A stretch of 64,000 nucleotides of DNA from a bacterium (GTDB lineage: Bacteria > Bacillota_I > Bacilli_A > RF39 > UBA660): the NCBI GenBank assembly GCA_029099845.1, contig JAQXOT010000011.1, positions 41,044 to 105,043 on the forward strand, read 5' to 3'. Shown here piece after piece: positions 49,231 through 63,124 of this stretch; the stretch's first letter is position 1; each line of letters starts with the position of its first letter. The translations under genes were made by a program, and so were the position numbers. Under the pieces are notes generated by a model. The model did no database searches, was not told the DNA's origin, and was given only the letters and a program-made list of their open reading frames with translations.

Positions 49231-50544
49231 ATGATTAATATTGAAAATAGTTTTTCTTTTCACGATGGGGATATTATAGTTATTGGTTGTTCGGCTGGAC
49301 CAGATTCAATGGCTTTAGTGGACATGCTTTTAAAGATTAGGGAGAAATATAAATTATCATTGATAATTGCTCATGTTAATCATAATGTTCGAGAAGAAAG
49401 TGTAGAAGAAGCGGAGTATGTTAAAAATTATTGTTCTAAAAATAATATAGTTTTTGAGACAATGACAATTGAGGAATATGGTGATGATAATTTTGAAAAT
49501 GAGGCTAGAACTATAAGATATAATTTTTTTGATTCTCTTGTCCAAAAATATGGTGCTAATTATTTGATGACGGCACATCATGGTGATGATTTGATTGAAA
49601 CGATTTTGATGAGAATCGTTAGAGGTTCAAATTTGAATGGTTATTTAGGATTTAAAAAAATTGTTGATATGGGAAATTATGCAATAGTTCGTCCACTTTT
49701 GGATTATACTAAAGAGGAATTAGAAGAATATGATTTAGAAAATCATGTTCAGTACTATGTTGATAGTTCTAATAGTAGCGATAAATATACTAGAAATCGT
49801 TATCGAAAATATGTTTTGCCATTTTTAAAAGATGAAGATAGTAATGTTCATCGTAAGTTTTTGAAGTTTAGTGAGACCTTGGAATCAGCTTCTATTTTTA
49901 TTAACAAAGAGCGTGATAAGGCTTTACGTAGAACTTTATCTAATAATTTAGTAATGATTGATAAGTTTAAAGAAGAAGATGAATATATTCAAAGGGAAAT
50001 ATTGTATTATTTACTTAGTGAATTTTATCATGATGATTTGATTTTAGTTGGTGATAAACATATTGATTTAATTATGAATTTGGTATATAGTAAGAAAGCA
50101 AATAGTTTTATTAATTTACCTAATCAGGTTGTTGCTAATAAGTATTACAATATGTTAGAATTAAAGCGTGATACCGAGGCAATTACTAGCTATGAAATTG
50201 AATTTGATGATTATGTTACATTGCCTAATAATCATACAATTGAAAGAGTTAGTGATATTTTGGGTAATAGTAATAGTATTTGTAGAATTAATAGCAAAGA
50301 TGTGTTATTGCCTCTTGTTGTTAGGACACGAAAAATTGGTGATAAAATCATGGTTAAGGGACTTAATGGTTCTAAGAAAGTAAAAGATATTTTTATTGAT
50401 AAGAAAGTAAAATTATCACTTAGAGATTCTTGGCCTATTGTTGTTGACTCAAGAGGAGAAATTATTTGGATTCCTGGTATTAAGAAATCTAAATTTGATA
50501 AGAAAATAACCGAAGATTATGATATAATACTGAAATACGAGTAA
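49231..50544 (+). CDS. tilS: tRNA(Ile)-lysidine synthetase
   Basis: PP-loop GCSAGPDSMAL; 437 aa; precedes ftsH. Confidence 0.9.
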   Translation: MINIENSFSFHDGDIIVIGCSAGPDSMALVDMLLKIREKYKLSLIIAHVNHNVREESVEEAEYVKNYCSKNNIVFETMTIEEYGDDNFENEARTIRYNFFDSLVQKYGANYLMTAHHGDDLIETILMRIVRGSNLNGYLGFKKIVDMGNYAIVRPLLDYTKEELEEYDLENHVQYYVDSSNSSDKYTRNRYRKYVLPFLKDEDSNVHRKFLKFSETLESASIFINKERDKALRRTLSNNLVMIDKFKEEDEYIQREILYYLLSEFYHDDLILVGDKHIDLIMNLVYSKKANSFINLPNQVVANKYYNMLELKRDTEAITSYEIEFDDYVTLPNNHTIERVSDILGNSNSICRINSKDVLLPLVVRTRKIGDKIMVKGLNGSKKVKDIFIDKKVKLSLRDSWPIVVDSRGEIIWIPGIKKSKFDKKITEDYDIILKYE

Positions 50545-50556
50545 GGAGGAAAAGTT

Positions 50557-52527
50557 GTGAATAAAGGTATAGATAAAAAAACTATTAAAAGGGGATTACT
50601 ACCTTATTTATTTGTTATTTTGGCAATGTTAGGAGTTTTTTACTATGCAAGTATTGGTAGTAAAAAAGTTACTGAATTATCTTATAATGAATTTGTTGAA
50701 AAATTAAATAGTGGGGATATTGAAGAAATGGAGATTACTACTCGTGGTAATGCTTACATTTATGAGATCTCCGGTAGATTTAAGGATAGTAAAGATAATG
50801 AATATTTTGTAGCAACATTACCATTGAGTGAGGAAGTTGTTAAGAAAATTGTAGAGGCAAGTGATAGTCAAGATTTTAAACTTGTTGCTAATCCTGACCC
50901 TGATTCTTCATCATTCTTGTTTATTATTGTTAATGTGTTACCCCTTGTTTTATTAGCGGCGGTTGCTTTTTGGTTTTTAAATAAGCAGTTAGTTGGAAAT
51001 AAGAGTTCTTTAGATTTTGGTAAGAGTAGAGCTAGATTAAGTAATGATAATAATAAAGTAACATTTAAGGATGTTGCAGGATTAAAAGAAGAAAAAGAAG
51101 AAGTTAAAGAGTTAATTGACTTTTTAAAGAATCCTAAGAAATTTCAAAAATTGGGTGCTAGAATTCCTAAGGGAGTATTACTAGTTGGCCCTCCTGGAAC
51201 AGGAAAAACTTTATTAGCAAAAGCAGTTGCGGGAGAAGCTAATGTTCCATTTTACTTTATTAGTGGTTCTGATTTTGTAGAATTGTTTGTTGGTGTTGGA
51301 GCTAGTCGTGTTAGAGATATGTTTCAACAAGCAAAAAGAAATGCGCCTTGTTTAATATTTATTGATGAAATTGATGCAGTTGGACGCCAAAGAGGTACTG
51401 GTTTAGGTGGAGGACATGATGAAAGAGAACAAACTCTTAATCAGTTACTTACAGAGATGGATGGTTTTGGTGCAAATGAAGGAATTATTATAATTGCTGC
51501 AACAAATAGGCCAGATGTTTTGGATCCGGCTTTACTTAGACCAGGTAGATTTGATAGACAAGTTACAGTTAATTTACCAGATGTTCGTGAAAGAGAGGAA
51601 ATCTTAGCTGTACATGCTAAAAACAAGACACTTGCTGACAATATTACTTTGGAAAATTTAGCTAAGAGAACTCCAGGATTTAGTGGTGCTGATTTGGAGA
51701 ATTTGCTTAATGAGGCTGCTTTGCTTGCTGTTAGGAGAAATAAAGATAAGATTACAATGAGTGAGATTGATGAAGCTACCGATCGAGTTCTTATGGGACC
51801 AGCTAAGACTTCACGCAAATATAGTGAAAATGATCGAAAACTTGTTGCTTATCATGAAGCTGGGCATGCTGTTATCGGAATTAAGTTAAAAAATGCTAGT
51901 GATGTTCAAAAAGTTACAATAATTCCAAGAGGAACTGCTGGTGGATATAATATGATGGTTCCAACAGAAGAAAAATTATGTTCAACTAAAACAGATTTGT
52001 TAGAGCAAATTACTGGTTTATTAGGTGGTCGTACAGCTGAAGAAGTTGTTTTTGGTGAAATTACAACTGGGGCACATAATGATTTTGAAAAGGCTACAAA
52101 AATTGCTCGTGCAATGGTTACTGAATATGGTATGAGTGATTTAGGACCACTTCAATTTGAACAACCTGATGGTAGTGTATTTTTAGGTAGAGATTATAAT
52201 AAGAGTCAGCATTTTTCTAATGAAGTTGCTAATGAAATTGATATGGAAATGAGAAAAATTATTAATGATTGTCATAAAGAAGCAACTGATATTATTAAGA
52301 AAAATAAGGATTTATTAACTCTTATTGCAGACAATTTGTTGGAATATGAAACATTAACTAAAGAGCAAATTGATTATTTAGTTGAAAATAAAAAAATGCC
52401 AGCTGAAGATGATAATAATTTAGAGTTGTTATCAGTAACTCGTTTAAGAGAGTTAGCAAAAGAAAAAGGTATTAAAAATGTTAGTAAGATGACTAAGGCT
52501 GAATTATTGAAAGAGTTAGATGTATAA
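50557..52527 (+). CDS. ftsH: ATP-dependent zinc metalloprotease FtsH
   Basis: GTG start; Walker A GPPGTGKT; second region of homology; zinc motif HEAGHA. Confidence 0.97.
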   Translation: MNKGIDKKTIKRGLLPYLFVILAMLGVFYYASIGSKKVTELSYNEFVEKLNSGDIEEMEITTRGNAYIYEISGRFKDSKDNEYFVATLPLSEEVVKKIVEASDSQDFKLVANPDPDSSSFLFIIVNVLPLVLLAAVAFWFLNKQLVGNKSSLDFGKSRARLSNDNNKVTFKDVAGLKEEKEEVKELIDFLKNPKKFQKLGARIPKGVLLVGPPGTGKTLLAKAVAGEANVPFYFISGSDFVELFVGVGASRVRDMFQQAKRNAPCLIFIDEIDAVGRQRGTGLGGGHDEREQTLNQLLTEMDGFGANEGIIIIAATNRPDVLDPALLRPGRFDRQVTVNLPDVREREEILAVHAKNKTLADNITLENLAKRTPGFSGADLENLLNEAALLAVRRNKDKITMSEIDEATDRVLMGPAKTSRKYSENDRKLVAYHEAGHAVIGIKLKNASDVQKVTIIPRGTAGGYNMMVPTEEKLCSTKTDLLEQITGLLGGRTAEEVVFGEITTGAHNDFEKATKIARAMVTEYGMSDLGPLQFEQPDGSVFLGRDYNKSQHFSNEVANEIDMEMRKIINDCHKEATDIIKKNKDLLTLIADNLLEYETLTKEQIDYLVENKKMPAEDDNNLELLSVTRLRELAKEKGIKNVSKMTKAELLKELDV

Positions 52528-52604
52528 TTTAACTCTTTTTTTCTTGCAAATAATTTTATTATTATTATAATATCTACATAGGGCTTTAATAGGAGGAATA
52601 ATAA

Positions 52605-53021
52605 ATGAAAAAGAGTAATAATATTGAAAAAATAAGTAAAGAAGCTAGTGAATTTAAGAATTTTATTTCTCGAGGTAATGTTGTTGATATGGCTGTGGGT
52701 GTTATTATTGGTGGTGCTTTTGGAAAGATTGTTACTAGTTTAGTGAATGATTTACTTATGCCATTAATTGGCGTTATTATTGGTGGGTTTGATTTTTCTA
52801 ATTTAAGTTTTAAAGTTGGCGATGCTGTTATTGCTTATGGTAATTTTATTCAAACAATAGTTGACTTTTTGATTATTTCTATTTGTATATTTTTAATGAT
52901 AAGATTTTTTGAAAGATTTAAAAAGAAGGAAAGTATTGTAGCAGAAGAAAAAACATCTAAGAAGAGTGATGAGGTATTATTATTGGAGGAAATTAGGGAT
53001 TTATTAAAGAAAAAGAAATAA
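52605..53021 (+). CDS. mscL: large-conductance mechanosensitive channel
   Basis: [24 protein letters not shown] signature. Confidence 0.9.
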   Translation: MKKSNNIEKISKEASEFKNFISRGNVVDMAVGVIIGGAFGKIVTSLVNDLLMPLIGVIIGGFDFSNLSFKVGDAVIAYGNFIQTIVDFLIISICIFLMIRFFERFKKKESIVAEEKTSKKSDEVLLLEEIRDLLKKKK

Positions 53022-53039
53022 AGTTAAGGGGCTGATTTT

Positions 53040-54012
53040 ATGGTGTGGTACATTGGTAATGTAAAAATTGATAATCAGATAGTTTTAGCACCTATGGCTG
53101 GTATATGTAATTCGGCTTTTAGAAGAATTTGTAAAGAAATGGGCTGCGGATTAGTGTATGCGGAAATGGTTAGTGATAAGGCGATTGCTTATAATAATCA
53201 AAAAACTATTGATATGCTTTATATGACAGAAAAAGAAAGACCGATAGTTCAACAAATTTTTGGTAGTGATAAGGAGTCTTTCGTAGTGGCGGCAAAATAT
53301 ATATATGAGAATATGCATCCTGATATTATCGATATTAATATGGGTTGCCCAGTGCCTAAAGTTGCGCTTAGAGCTCAAGCTGGTTCGGCACTTTTAAAAG
53401 ATCCAGAAAAGATTTATGATATTGTTAAGGCTGTGGTTGAAGCTGTTCCTATTCCTGTGACGGTTAAGATTAGGAGCGGTTGGGACTTTAATAGTATAAA
53501 TGCTGTTAGTGTTGCTAAAACGATTGAAAGAGCTGGGGCTAGTGCAATTTGTGTTCATCCTAGAACAAGGAGTCAAGGCTATAGTGGTAAAGCAGATTGG
53601 TCTATTATAAAAGAAGTCAAGGACAGTGTTTCAATACCTGTAATTGGAAATGGTGATATTAAAAAGCCTGAAGATGTAAAAAAAATGCTTGATGTAACTG
53701 GCTGTGATGCTGTTATGATTGGGCGTGGAATTTTGGGAAATCCTTGGCTTATTAAAAATTCAATTAATTATTTAAATGGTGAAAAGTTAGTTGATGTTTC
53801 TAATGTTGATAAAATAGATATGTGTTTAAAGCATCTTAGCTATTTGCAAGAACTTAAGAATGATAAATTAGCATGTTTAGAAATTAGAAATCATATTGGC
53901 TGGTATTTAAAGGGAATTAATGGTGCTAATGAGGTTAAAAATAATATTTATAAAACTACTAATATTTATGATATAATAGTCTTATTGAAGAACTTTAAGG
54001 AGGAGTTATTGA

Positions 54013-54023
<11 letters not shown>
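53040..54023 (+). CDS. dusB: tRNA-dihydrouridine synthase
   Basis: LAPMAGI...DINMGCP...catalytic Cys region; TIM-barrel Dus family. Confidence 0.9.
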
Positions 54024-56114
<2,091 letters not shown>

Positions 56115-56262
56115 TATAATATTGTTTGATAAATTTTGTAAGGATGATTAATTTATATGTAAGTTATCATCTTTTTTTATTGAATATATGATAATGCTTT
56201 TAAAAAAGTTGTGTATTGTAGTATATTACTATTAAATATATGATATATGAGTAGAATGATAT

Positions 56263-57069
56263 ATGAAAAATATGAAAAAAATTAGTAATAGTGGTTTTAC
56301 GTTAATAGAATTATTAGCTGTTATTGTAATTATGGGAATTTTAATGATGGTGGCAATTCCTTCTGTATCTAGGGTTATAGAAAATTCTAGAAAGGATACA
56401 TTTGTGGATATTGCTAAATCATATGCCAATTCAGCTAGAACGTTATGGGTTGCTGATTCTTTAACGTGCGGTAATAATAATACATATGTTTCTGGTGTTG
56501 ATGACGGAGATTACTATATTTTAATTGACACAAGTAATAGTAGTTTAGCGACGTTAGTGGATCAAGGAGGAAAATCTTCTTGGGGAAATAGAGATGTTAA
56601 AGGTTATGTACGTGTAAATGTTTCAACGGTTTCAGATGGAAAAAGAAAGCAAAAGTTTTATGTGGCATTAACTGATGGTACACATGGCGTATATGATGAT
56701 TATTCAAATCCAATATTAGCGGATGAGCTAGTACGAGGAAACGTATTGATGAATTTGGATTCTGATTCGGAAAAAGCCAATGCTATTGCGGTGCCACCTT
56801 TTATAAATGGGCATTTTACAACATGTAGTGAGGACGGTGGAACTTGGACAGGTGTTGTACCTATGAAAGTGACATTTACGGTTGGAGATACTACTTATGC
56901 TGCGGAAGATGGAATGACTTGGCGTGAATGGGTTAATAGTGAATATAATATAGATGGCTCATATATAGAAAAGAATTATGTATGTAGTAATAGCTTAGCA
57001 AATGTAGTTTTAGGTTATTTGGATAGTACTATTGATTTTTCTAATATTGGTCTTGGGCACTGTAAATAA
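56263..57069 (+). CDS. type IV pilin / pseudopilin with prepilin-peptidase N-terminal motif
   Basis: SGFTLIELLAVIVIMGIL (G|FTLIE, Glu+5); 268 aa; no pilus assembly genes nearby. Confidence 0.7.
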   Translation: MKNMKKISNSGFTLIELLAVIVIMGILMMVAIPSVSRVIENSRKDTFVDIAKSYANSARTLWVADSLTCGNNNTYVSGVDDGDYYILIDTSNSSLATLVDQGGKSSWGNRDVKGYVRVNVSTVSDGKRKQKFYVALTDGTHGVYDDYSNPILADELVRGNVLMNLDSDSEKANAIAVPPFINGHFTTCSEDGGTWTGVVPMKVTFTVGDTTYAAEDGMTWREWVNSEYNIDGSYIEKNYVCSNSLANVVLGYLDSTIDFSNIGLGHCK

Positions 57070-57174
57070 AAATAATTTTTGGAGATTTTAAATGGTGGGC
57101 TTTAAATATTAATAAAATAAGTATTTTCTTGTAAAATTATGTAAATGTAGTATAATTATAGTGGGAGGTTAATT

Positions 57175-58878
57175 ATGAAAAAACATAATATTTTAAAAGT
57201 CGCTTTATGGATTGTACCTATAATAATTTTATTATTGGCTATTATTTTTCCTAATGCGGGATGGGCTTATTTAGTTAATCTATTATTATCTTTCGCTGAG
57301 TTAGGTATAATAGTTTACAATTTTAAAGATAAGCATAATGCAAATAAAGTTGTTTTAGCTACAATGCTATGTTTTGTACTACTTACTTGGTTAATTCCAG
57401 CTGCTTATTTTTCTGGTGAGTATATTGAACAAGGGCGCATTCAAATGGGATTATTTGATTTTGTAAATTATCCAGTTACTGCAGTATCATATTTTGGTTA
57501 TATTGCTTTTTATGTATTGTGTATTGGAGCTTTTTATGGAGTTTTAAATAAAATCCCAGCATATCGTTCATTTTTGGATAGAATTGTTAAAGCGGTTAAG
57601 GGTACTGAAAAGTTTGTTTTATTTGTAATCATGCTTTTAATTGCTACATTAACATCACTAGGTGGAATGCAATTTGCATTATTTTGCTTTTTCCCTATGT
57701 TAGTATCAATAATTTTATTAATGGGATTTGATAAAATTGTTGCAGCATTAACTTTAGTTGGCTCAACTATTATAGGTATTGCTGGAACAACGTATGGTTA
57801 TGGAAATGTTAGTATAATTGGTACTGCTTTAGGTGTTGAGATTACTTCTGAAATGCTTACAAAGGTTGTTATTTTAGTTTTAGGTTTAGTATTATTGTTT
57901 GTTAATACTTTACTATACATTAAAAAACAAGAAAAGTCTGGTAAAGAAGTAACTAAAGAAATAAAGAAAAAAGAAATTAAAGTAGAAAAAACTACTACAA
58001 AAGCAAAAACTACAAAGTCTTCTTCAAGGAAAAATACAAAAGCAGCTCAAAAAGATGAAGAAGTTGTAATTGTAAAAGAGCAACCAAAGGAAACTGATGG
58101 AAAGACTGATTTCATACCAGCTTCTGTTAATTCAGGAAAACATAGTATCTGGCCATTTGTTGTTAGCTTTGCACTTTTATTTGTTGTTGTAGTTTTAGCA
58201 TTTATTCCATGGGTAGATGGATTTGGAGTTGAAGCTTTTGATGAGGCAACTAATGCCGTTATGGAATTTGAATTGTTTGGATTCCCTATTTTTAGTTCTC
58301 TTTTCGGAACATTTAATGCTTTTGGATATTGGACAATTATTGATTTAATACTTTTATTGTTAGTGATTGGAGCTTTATTGGTAATTATATATAAAGTTAA
58401 ATCACAAGATGTGTTAGATGGAATTTTAGAAGGTATTAAGAAAGCTTTACCATTGGGTATTTTGATAATTCTTATTTATACATGCTTAGTTGTTACTACA
58501 TATCATCCATTCCAATTGGAAGTTTATAAAGCTATTTTAAGTGTTGTTGGTAAGTTTAATTTTGGTAGCTCACTAGTTATTGCTTTGGTTTCAGTAATTG
58601 CTGCTATATTTAATGCTGAACCAGCTTATGCATTCCAAAGTTTCTTACCTTATTTAGCAACTATAGTGACTGATTCTGCTAGTTATTCAGTTATAGCTGT
58701 TATATCTCAGGCTATGTATGGTTTTGCAATGTTATTTGCACCAACTAGTTTAATTTTAATGGTAGTTTTATCTTATTTAGATATTCCATATTCTAAATGG
58801 TTAAAAACTATATGGAAATTATTATTAGAATTTTTAGTGATTTTATTAGTTGTTTTTGCTATAATCATAATTCTTTAA
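57175..58878 (+). CDS. polytopic membrane protein, putative transporter, with inserted Lys/Thr-rich hydrophilic loop
   Basis: ~12 predicted TM segments; central low-complexity loop KKQEKSGKEVTKEIKKKEIKVEKTTTKAKTTKSSSRKNTK. Confidence 0.5.
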   Translation: MKKHNILKVALWIVPIIILLLAIIFPNAGWAYLVNLLLSFAELGIIVYNFKDKHNANKVVLATMLCFVLLTWLIPAAYFSGEYIEQGRIQMGLFDFVNYPVTAVSYFGYIAFYVLCIGAFYGVLNKIPAYRSFLDRIVKAVKGTEKFVLFVIMLLIATLTSLGGMQFALFCFFPMLVSIILLMGFDKIVAALTLVGSTIIGIAGTTYGYGNVSIIGTALGVEITSEMLTKVVILVLGLVLLFVNTLLYIKKQEKSGKEVTKEIKKKEIKVEKTTTKAKTTKSSSRKNTKAAQKDEEVVIVKEQPKETDGKTDFIPASVNSGKHSIWPFVVSFALLFVVVVLAFIPWVDGFGVEAFDEATNAVMEFELFGFPIFSSLFGTFNAFGYWTIIDLILLLLVIGALLVIIYKVKSQDVLDGILEGIKKALPLGILIILIYTCLVVTTYHPFQLEVYKAILSVVGKFNFGSSLVIALVSVIAAIFNAEPAYAFQSFLPYLATIVTDSASYSVIAVISQAMYGFAMLFAPTSLILMVVLSYLDIPYSKWLKTIWKLLLEFLVILLVVFAIIIIL

Positions 58879-59017
58879 TAGATGTTTTCCATAATAAAAT
58901 ATGAAAGTGAAATATACTTTCATATTTTTTTTGCGTTGTTTGTCTTTTTTTGTATAACGTAATTTATTGCAATTAGTTTAATTTTAGAAATAAAATTATG
59001 CTAAGGAGATGATAGTT

Positions 59018-61231
59018 ATGTTTTCTAAATTTGATGAAGAAGCACAAAAGGTTTTACTTATGGCTAAAAAAGAAATGACGGATCTATGTCATCCTTATGT
59101 TGGTAGTGAACATTTGATGCTTTCGATACTGCATAATACAAATTTGCAAGTTACTAAGATATTAAAAGATTATGGAATAACTTATGATATATATCGAAAT
59201 GAAATTATAAGAGTAATTGGTGTTGGCAAAAGTACTAATACTTGGTTTTTATATACACCATTACTTAAAAGAATTATTGAGAATGCTATATATGATAGTA
59301 AGGATAATAATGATATTGTTACTGTTGATAAATTATTTATTTCTTTACTTGAGGAAGGCGAGGGGGTTGCTAATAGGATTTTACTGGGAATGAATATTGA
59401 TATTGATTTATTGTATGATAAATTTTCCGGTAATTATTTACGTTGCCGTCGTAATAGAAAAATGTTGATAGATGATTTTGCAATTGACTTAAATCAAAAA
59501 TATAAGGATGATGGTTTTGATCCTGTTATTGGTCGTGATGAAGAAGTTAATAGGATTATTGAAGTTTTACTTAGGCGAACAAAAAATAATCCTTTACTTA
59601 TTGGTGAGGCTGGGGTTGGCAAAACAGCATTAGTGGAGGAATTAGTACGAAGAATAGTTAATGGTGATGTTCCTAAAAAGCTTGAAAATTGTCGAGTTTT
59701 AAGTCTTGCTATGGGATCTTTAGTGGCGGGGACTAAATATCGTGGGGAGTTCGAAGAGAGAATTAATAAAATAATTAGTGAATTGGAAAAAGATGATTCA
59801 ATAATTATTTTTATTGATGAAATTCATACTTTGGTTGGTGCTGGAGGAGCAGAGGGGGCAATTGATGCTGCAAATATTTTAAAGCCTTATTTAGCTCGCG
59901 GTAAAATTAGAGTGATAGGCGCTACTACTCGAAATGAATATAGTAAGTATTTTGAAAAAGAAAGGGCGCTTGATAGACGATTCCAAAAAATCTATATTGA
60001 AGAGCCTAGCCCTATTGAGGTAAAGGAGATTTTAACTAAAACTAAGTCTATTTATGAGAAGTTTCATGGCGTTATAATAAGTGATTCAATTATTGATTTG
60101 ATTGTTGAATTATCTATAAAATATATTAATCAGGGTCATTTACCTGATAAGGCAATTGATATTTTGGACGAGGCGTGTTGTAAGGCAACGATTACGGATA
60201 GTGAAAATGATCGAAAACTTAGGACTTTGCTGGGGAAAGTTAATAAGCTTAAAGAATTGAAAAATGAGGCTATTGTTAATCATAATTATAAATTGGCATC
60301 AGAGTTAAAAACAAAGCAGGAGAAGATAGAAAATGAGTTTAATCTTTTAAATATTAGTAGTAATACTTTGGTTTCTATTAAAGAAATTACTGTTGATAAT
60401 GTGTATGATGTTATTTACGATAAAACAAAAATACCTATTAGAGATATTTTAAATTGGGATTCTAAAAAGATATATAATCATTTAGCAAAAGTTATTTTTG
60501 GCCAGAAAAAGGCAATACAGGAAATTCTTGAAATAATCGCTAAAGTTAAAAAAAATGCTCCATTATCTTTATTTTTAGTTGGAAATAGTGGCGTTGGTAA
60601 AACATTTTTTGTGAAAGAGTATGCTAAGTTGTTATATCCGAAGGAAGCTTTTATAAAAATTGATATGAGTGAATATAAAGAAAAGCATGCAATTAGTAAA
60701 ATAATCGGTTCTCCTCCTGGATATGTTGGATATGATGATAATAATTTTGTAATTACTAGAGTGAAAAGAAATCCATATTGTGTAATTTTATTAGATGAGA
60801 TAGAAAAAGCTCATCCAGATGTTATTAGACTTTTTCTTCAAGTATTTGATGATGGTAAGATGACTTCTTCTAATGGTGAGGTTGTTGATTTTAGTCACGC
60901 TATTATTTTTATGACTTCAAATATTGGTACTTCTCAATCTAGTATTGGTTTTAGTTGTAATAATGATATTCATATTCGTAATAAGTTGAAAGAATTTTTG
61001 GGTATAGAATTTGTTAATCGTTTGGATGGTGTTATTTATTTTAATGATATTGATGATAAAGTAATAACTAAAATTATAAAATCTAGGTTAGGTAAAGTTC
61101 CTGATATTGATTTATCCCCAGAAATTGTGGAAAAAATCAAAAATGAATCACAATTTTCTATGTATGGTGTAAGAAAATTAGATAAAATTCTTAATAATTA
61201 CGTAAAAGAGTCTAGTATTTATAACCGTTAG
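59018..61231 (+). CDS. Clp/Hsp100-family ATPase, two AAA+ domains (ClpC-like)
   Basis: Clp_N repeats; NBD1 GEAGVGKTA and NBD2 GNSGVGKTF; DEIEKAHPDV sensor. Confidence 0.85.
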   Translation: MFSKFDEEAQKVLLMAKKEMTDLCHPYVGSEHLMLSILHNTNLQVTKILKDYGITYDIYRNEIIRVIGVGKSTNTWFLYTPLLKRIIENAIYDSKDNNDIVTVDKLFISLLEEGEGVANRILLGMNIDIDLLYDKFSGNYLRCRRNRKMLIDDFAIDLNQKYKDDGFDPVIGRDEEVNRIIEVLLRRTKNNPLLIGEAGVGKTALVEELVRRIVNGDVPKKLENCRVLSLAMGSLVAGTKYRGEFEERINKIISELEKDDSIIIFIDEIHTLVGAGGAEGAIDAANILKPYLARGKIRVIGATTRNEYSKYFEKERALDRRFQKIYIEEPSPIEVKEILTKTKSIYEKFHGVIISDSIIDLIVELSIKYINQGHLPDKAIDILDEACCKATITDSENDRKLRTLLGKVNKLKELKNEAIVNHNYKLASELKTKQEKIENEFNLLNISSNTLVSIKEITVDNVYDVIYDKTKIPIRDILNWDSKKIYNHLAKVIFGQKKAIQEILEIIAKVKKNAPLSLFLVGNSGVGKTFFVKEYAKLLYPKEAFIKIDMSEYKEKHAISKIIGSPPGYVGYDDNNFVITRVKRNPYCVILLDEIEKAHPDVIRLFLQVFDDGKMTSSNGEVVDFSHAIIFMTSNIGTSQSSIGFSCNNDIHIRNKLKEFLGIEFVNRLDGVIYFNDIDDKVITKIIKSRLGKVPDIDLSPEIVEKIKNESQFSMYGVRKLDKILNNYVKESSIYNR

Positions 61232-61278
61232 TATGGTATCATTTTCTTAATTATTGTGTTATACTACGCAACAGAGAG

Positions 61279-62685
61279 GTGATAAATTTGAAATTATATA
61301 ATACATTAACTAAAAAGGTTGAAGAATTTGTACCTAATGAAGTAGGCTGTGTTAAGATGTATACTTGTGGCCCTACAGTCTATCATTATGCTCATATCGG
61401 TAATTTACGAACATATATTTTTGAAGATATTTTGGAGAAGGGACTTTCATTTTTAGGTTATAATGTTAAGCGCGCAATGAATATTACGGATGTTGGCCAT
61501 TTAACTAGCGATGGTGATACTGGTGAAGATAAAATGGCTAAGGGTGCTAAAAGAGAGGGCAAAACTGTTTATGAGATAGCAGATTTTTATACTGAAGCTT
61601 TTTTTAAAGATATGGCTGATTTAAATATTCGCAAGCCATCTATTGTGGAAAAAGCAAGTGATCATATTGATACGTATATTAAGATGATTGAAAAGATGCT
61701 TAAGGATGATTATGCTTATATATCTAATGGCAATGTTTATTTTGATATTAGTAAAGCTAAAGATTATTATAAATTGTCTGGTAAAAATCCAGAGGATTTA
61801 AAGATTGGTGTTAGAGATACGGTAGAAGAAGATAAATTTAAAAGAAATCCAGCAGACTTTGTTTTATGGTTTACGTTATCTAAATTTGAAAATCAAGCTA
61901 TGAAGTGGGATTCTCCTTGGGGAGTTGGGTATCCGGGTTGGCATATTGAATGCTCTGGTATTGCTTCTTTAACGCTTGGTGAATATTTGGATATTCATTG
62001 TGGTGGTGTTGATAATATTTTTCCTCATCATACTAATGAAATTGCACAGAGTGAGGCTTATTTTGGACATAAATGGTGTAATTACTGGTGCCATGGTGCT
62101 CATTTAAATGATAGTACTGGTAAAATGAGTAAATCAAAGGGAGAATTTTTGACGTTATCTTTACTTAAGGATAAAGGATATAGTCCACTTGATTATAGAT
62201 ATTTTTGCTTAAATAGTCATTATCGTAGCTCGTTAGTTTTTAGTTACGAATCTTTAGATGGTGCTAGGAATGCACTTCTTAAGTTAAAATCAAGAATTCT
62301 TGCCATTAAAAAAATTGGTGAGCTAGATAGTGATAAGCGAAGTATATATATGGATAAGTTTGCTTTAGCAATTGGTAATGATTTAAATACTTCATTGATG
62401 TTAACTGTTTTATATGACTTGTTAAAGGATGAAGATGTAAATGGTACAACTAAATTAAATTTAATTGCTGAATTTGATAAGGTTTTATCTCTTGATTTAT
62501 TGAAAGAAGAGAAAAAAGAAGTATCTTCTGATTTAGAAAAAGAAATTTTATCTAAAATTGAAGAAAGAAAAGAAGCTAAGAAAAATAAGGACTTTGTTAA
62601 GGCCGATGCGATAAGAGATGAATTACTTGCGAAGGGAGTTAGACTTATTGATACGCGTGAGGGGACTTCTTACGAATTAGTATAG
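61279..62685 (+). CDS. cysS: cysteinyl-tRNA synthetase
   Basis: HIGN (YHYAHIGNLRTY), KMSKS (GKMSKSKGEF), zinc-binding Cys; GTG start with an AGAGAGG RBS. Confidence 0.95.
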   Translation: MINLKLYNTLTKKVEEFVPNEVGCVKMYTCGPTVYHYAHIGNLRTYIFEDILEKGLSFLGYNVKRAMNITDVGHLTSDGDTGEDKMAKGAKREGKTVYEIADFYTEAFFKDMADLNIRKPSIVEKASDHIDTYIKMIEKMLKDDYAYISNGNVYFDISKAKDYYKLSGKNPEDLKIGVRDTVEEDKFKRNPADFVLWFTLSKFENQAMKWDSPWGVGYPGWHIECSGIASLTLGEYLDIHCGGVDNIFPHHTNEIAQSEAYFGHKWCNYWCHGAHLNDSTGKMSKSKGEFLTLSLLKDKGYSPLDYRYFCLNSHYRSSLVFSYESLDGARNALLKLKSRILAIKKIGELDSDKRSIYMDKFALAIGNDLNTSLMLTVLYDLLKDEDVNGTTKLNLIAEFDKVLSLDLLKEEKKEVSSDLEKEILSKIEERKEAKKNKDFVKADAIRDELLAKGVRLIDTREGTSYELV

Positions 62686-62749
62686 AGACTATTTATTAGT
62701 TTCTTTTTTCTTGTTTAATATGTGTTATAATTATATGTGTGGTGATTTT

Positions 62750-63124
62750 ATGCAGACAAAAGAAATAAATGTATTAGTACTTGCATATTTAGGAGATACT
62801 ATATACGAAAATTATGTTAGAAAATTTTTAATTGAAAAGGGTATTGGTAATGTTAATGCTTTACAAAAAGAAGCCATTAATTATGTTAGTGCAAAGAGTC
62901 AAGCGGGATTTTTAACTAAACTATTGGATAATGAGCTATTAACAAAAGAAGAAATTAGTGTTGTTAAAAGGGCTAGAAATTATAAGACAACGTCACACCC
63001 TAAAAGTTGTGATATTATAACTTATAAATATGCTACTGGCTTGGAAAGTTTGATAGGATATTTGGAACTTGAAAATAGAAGGGAAAGAATAGACGAAATT
63101 ATGAAGTTTATTTTAGGTAATTAA
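62750..63124 (+). CDS. mrnC: mini-ribonuclease III
   Basis: LAYLGDTIYENYVR catalytic signature of Mini-III; cysS-mrnC-rlmB-sigH synteny. Confidence 0.85.
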   Translation: MQTKEINVLVLAYLGDTIYENYVRKFLIEKGIGNVNALQKEAINYVSAKSQAGFLTKLLDNELLTKEEISVVKRARNYKTTSHPKSCDIITYKYATGLESLIGYLELENRRERIDEIMKFILGN

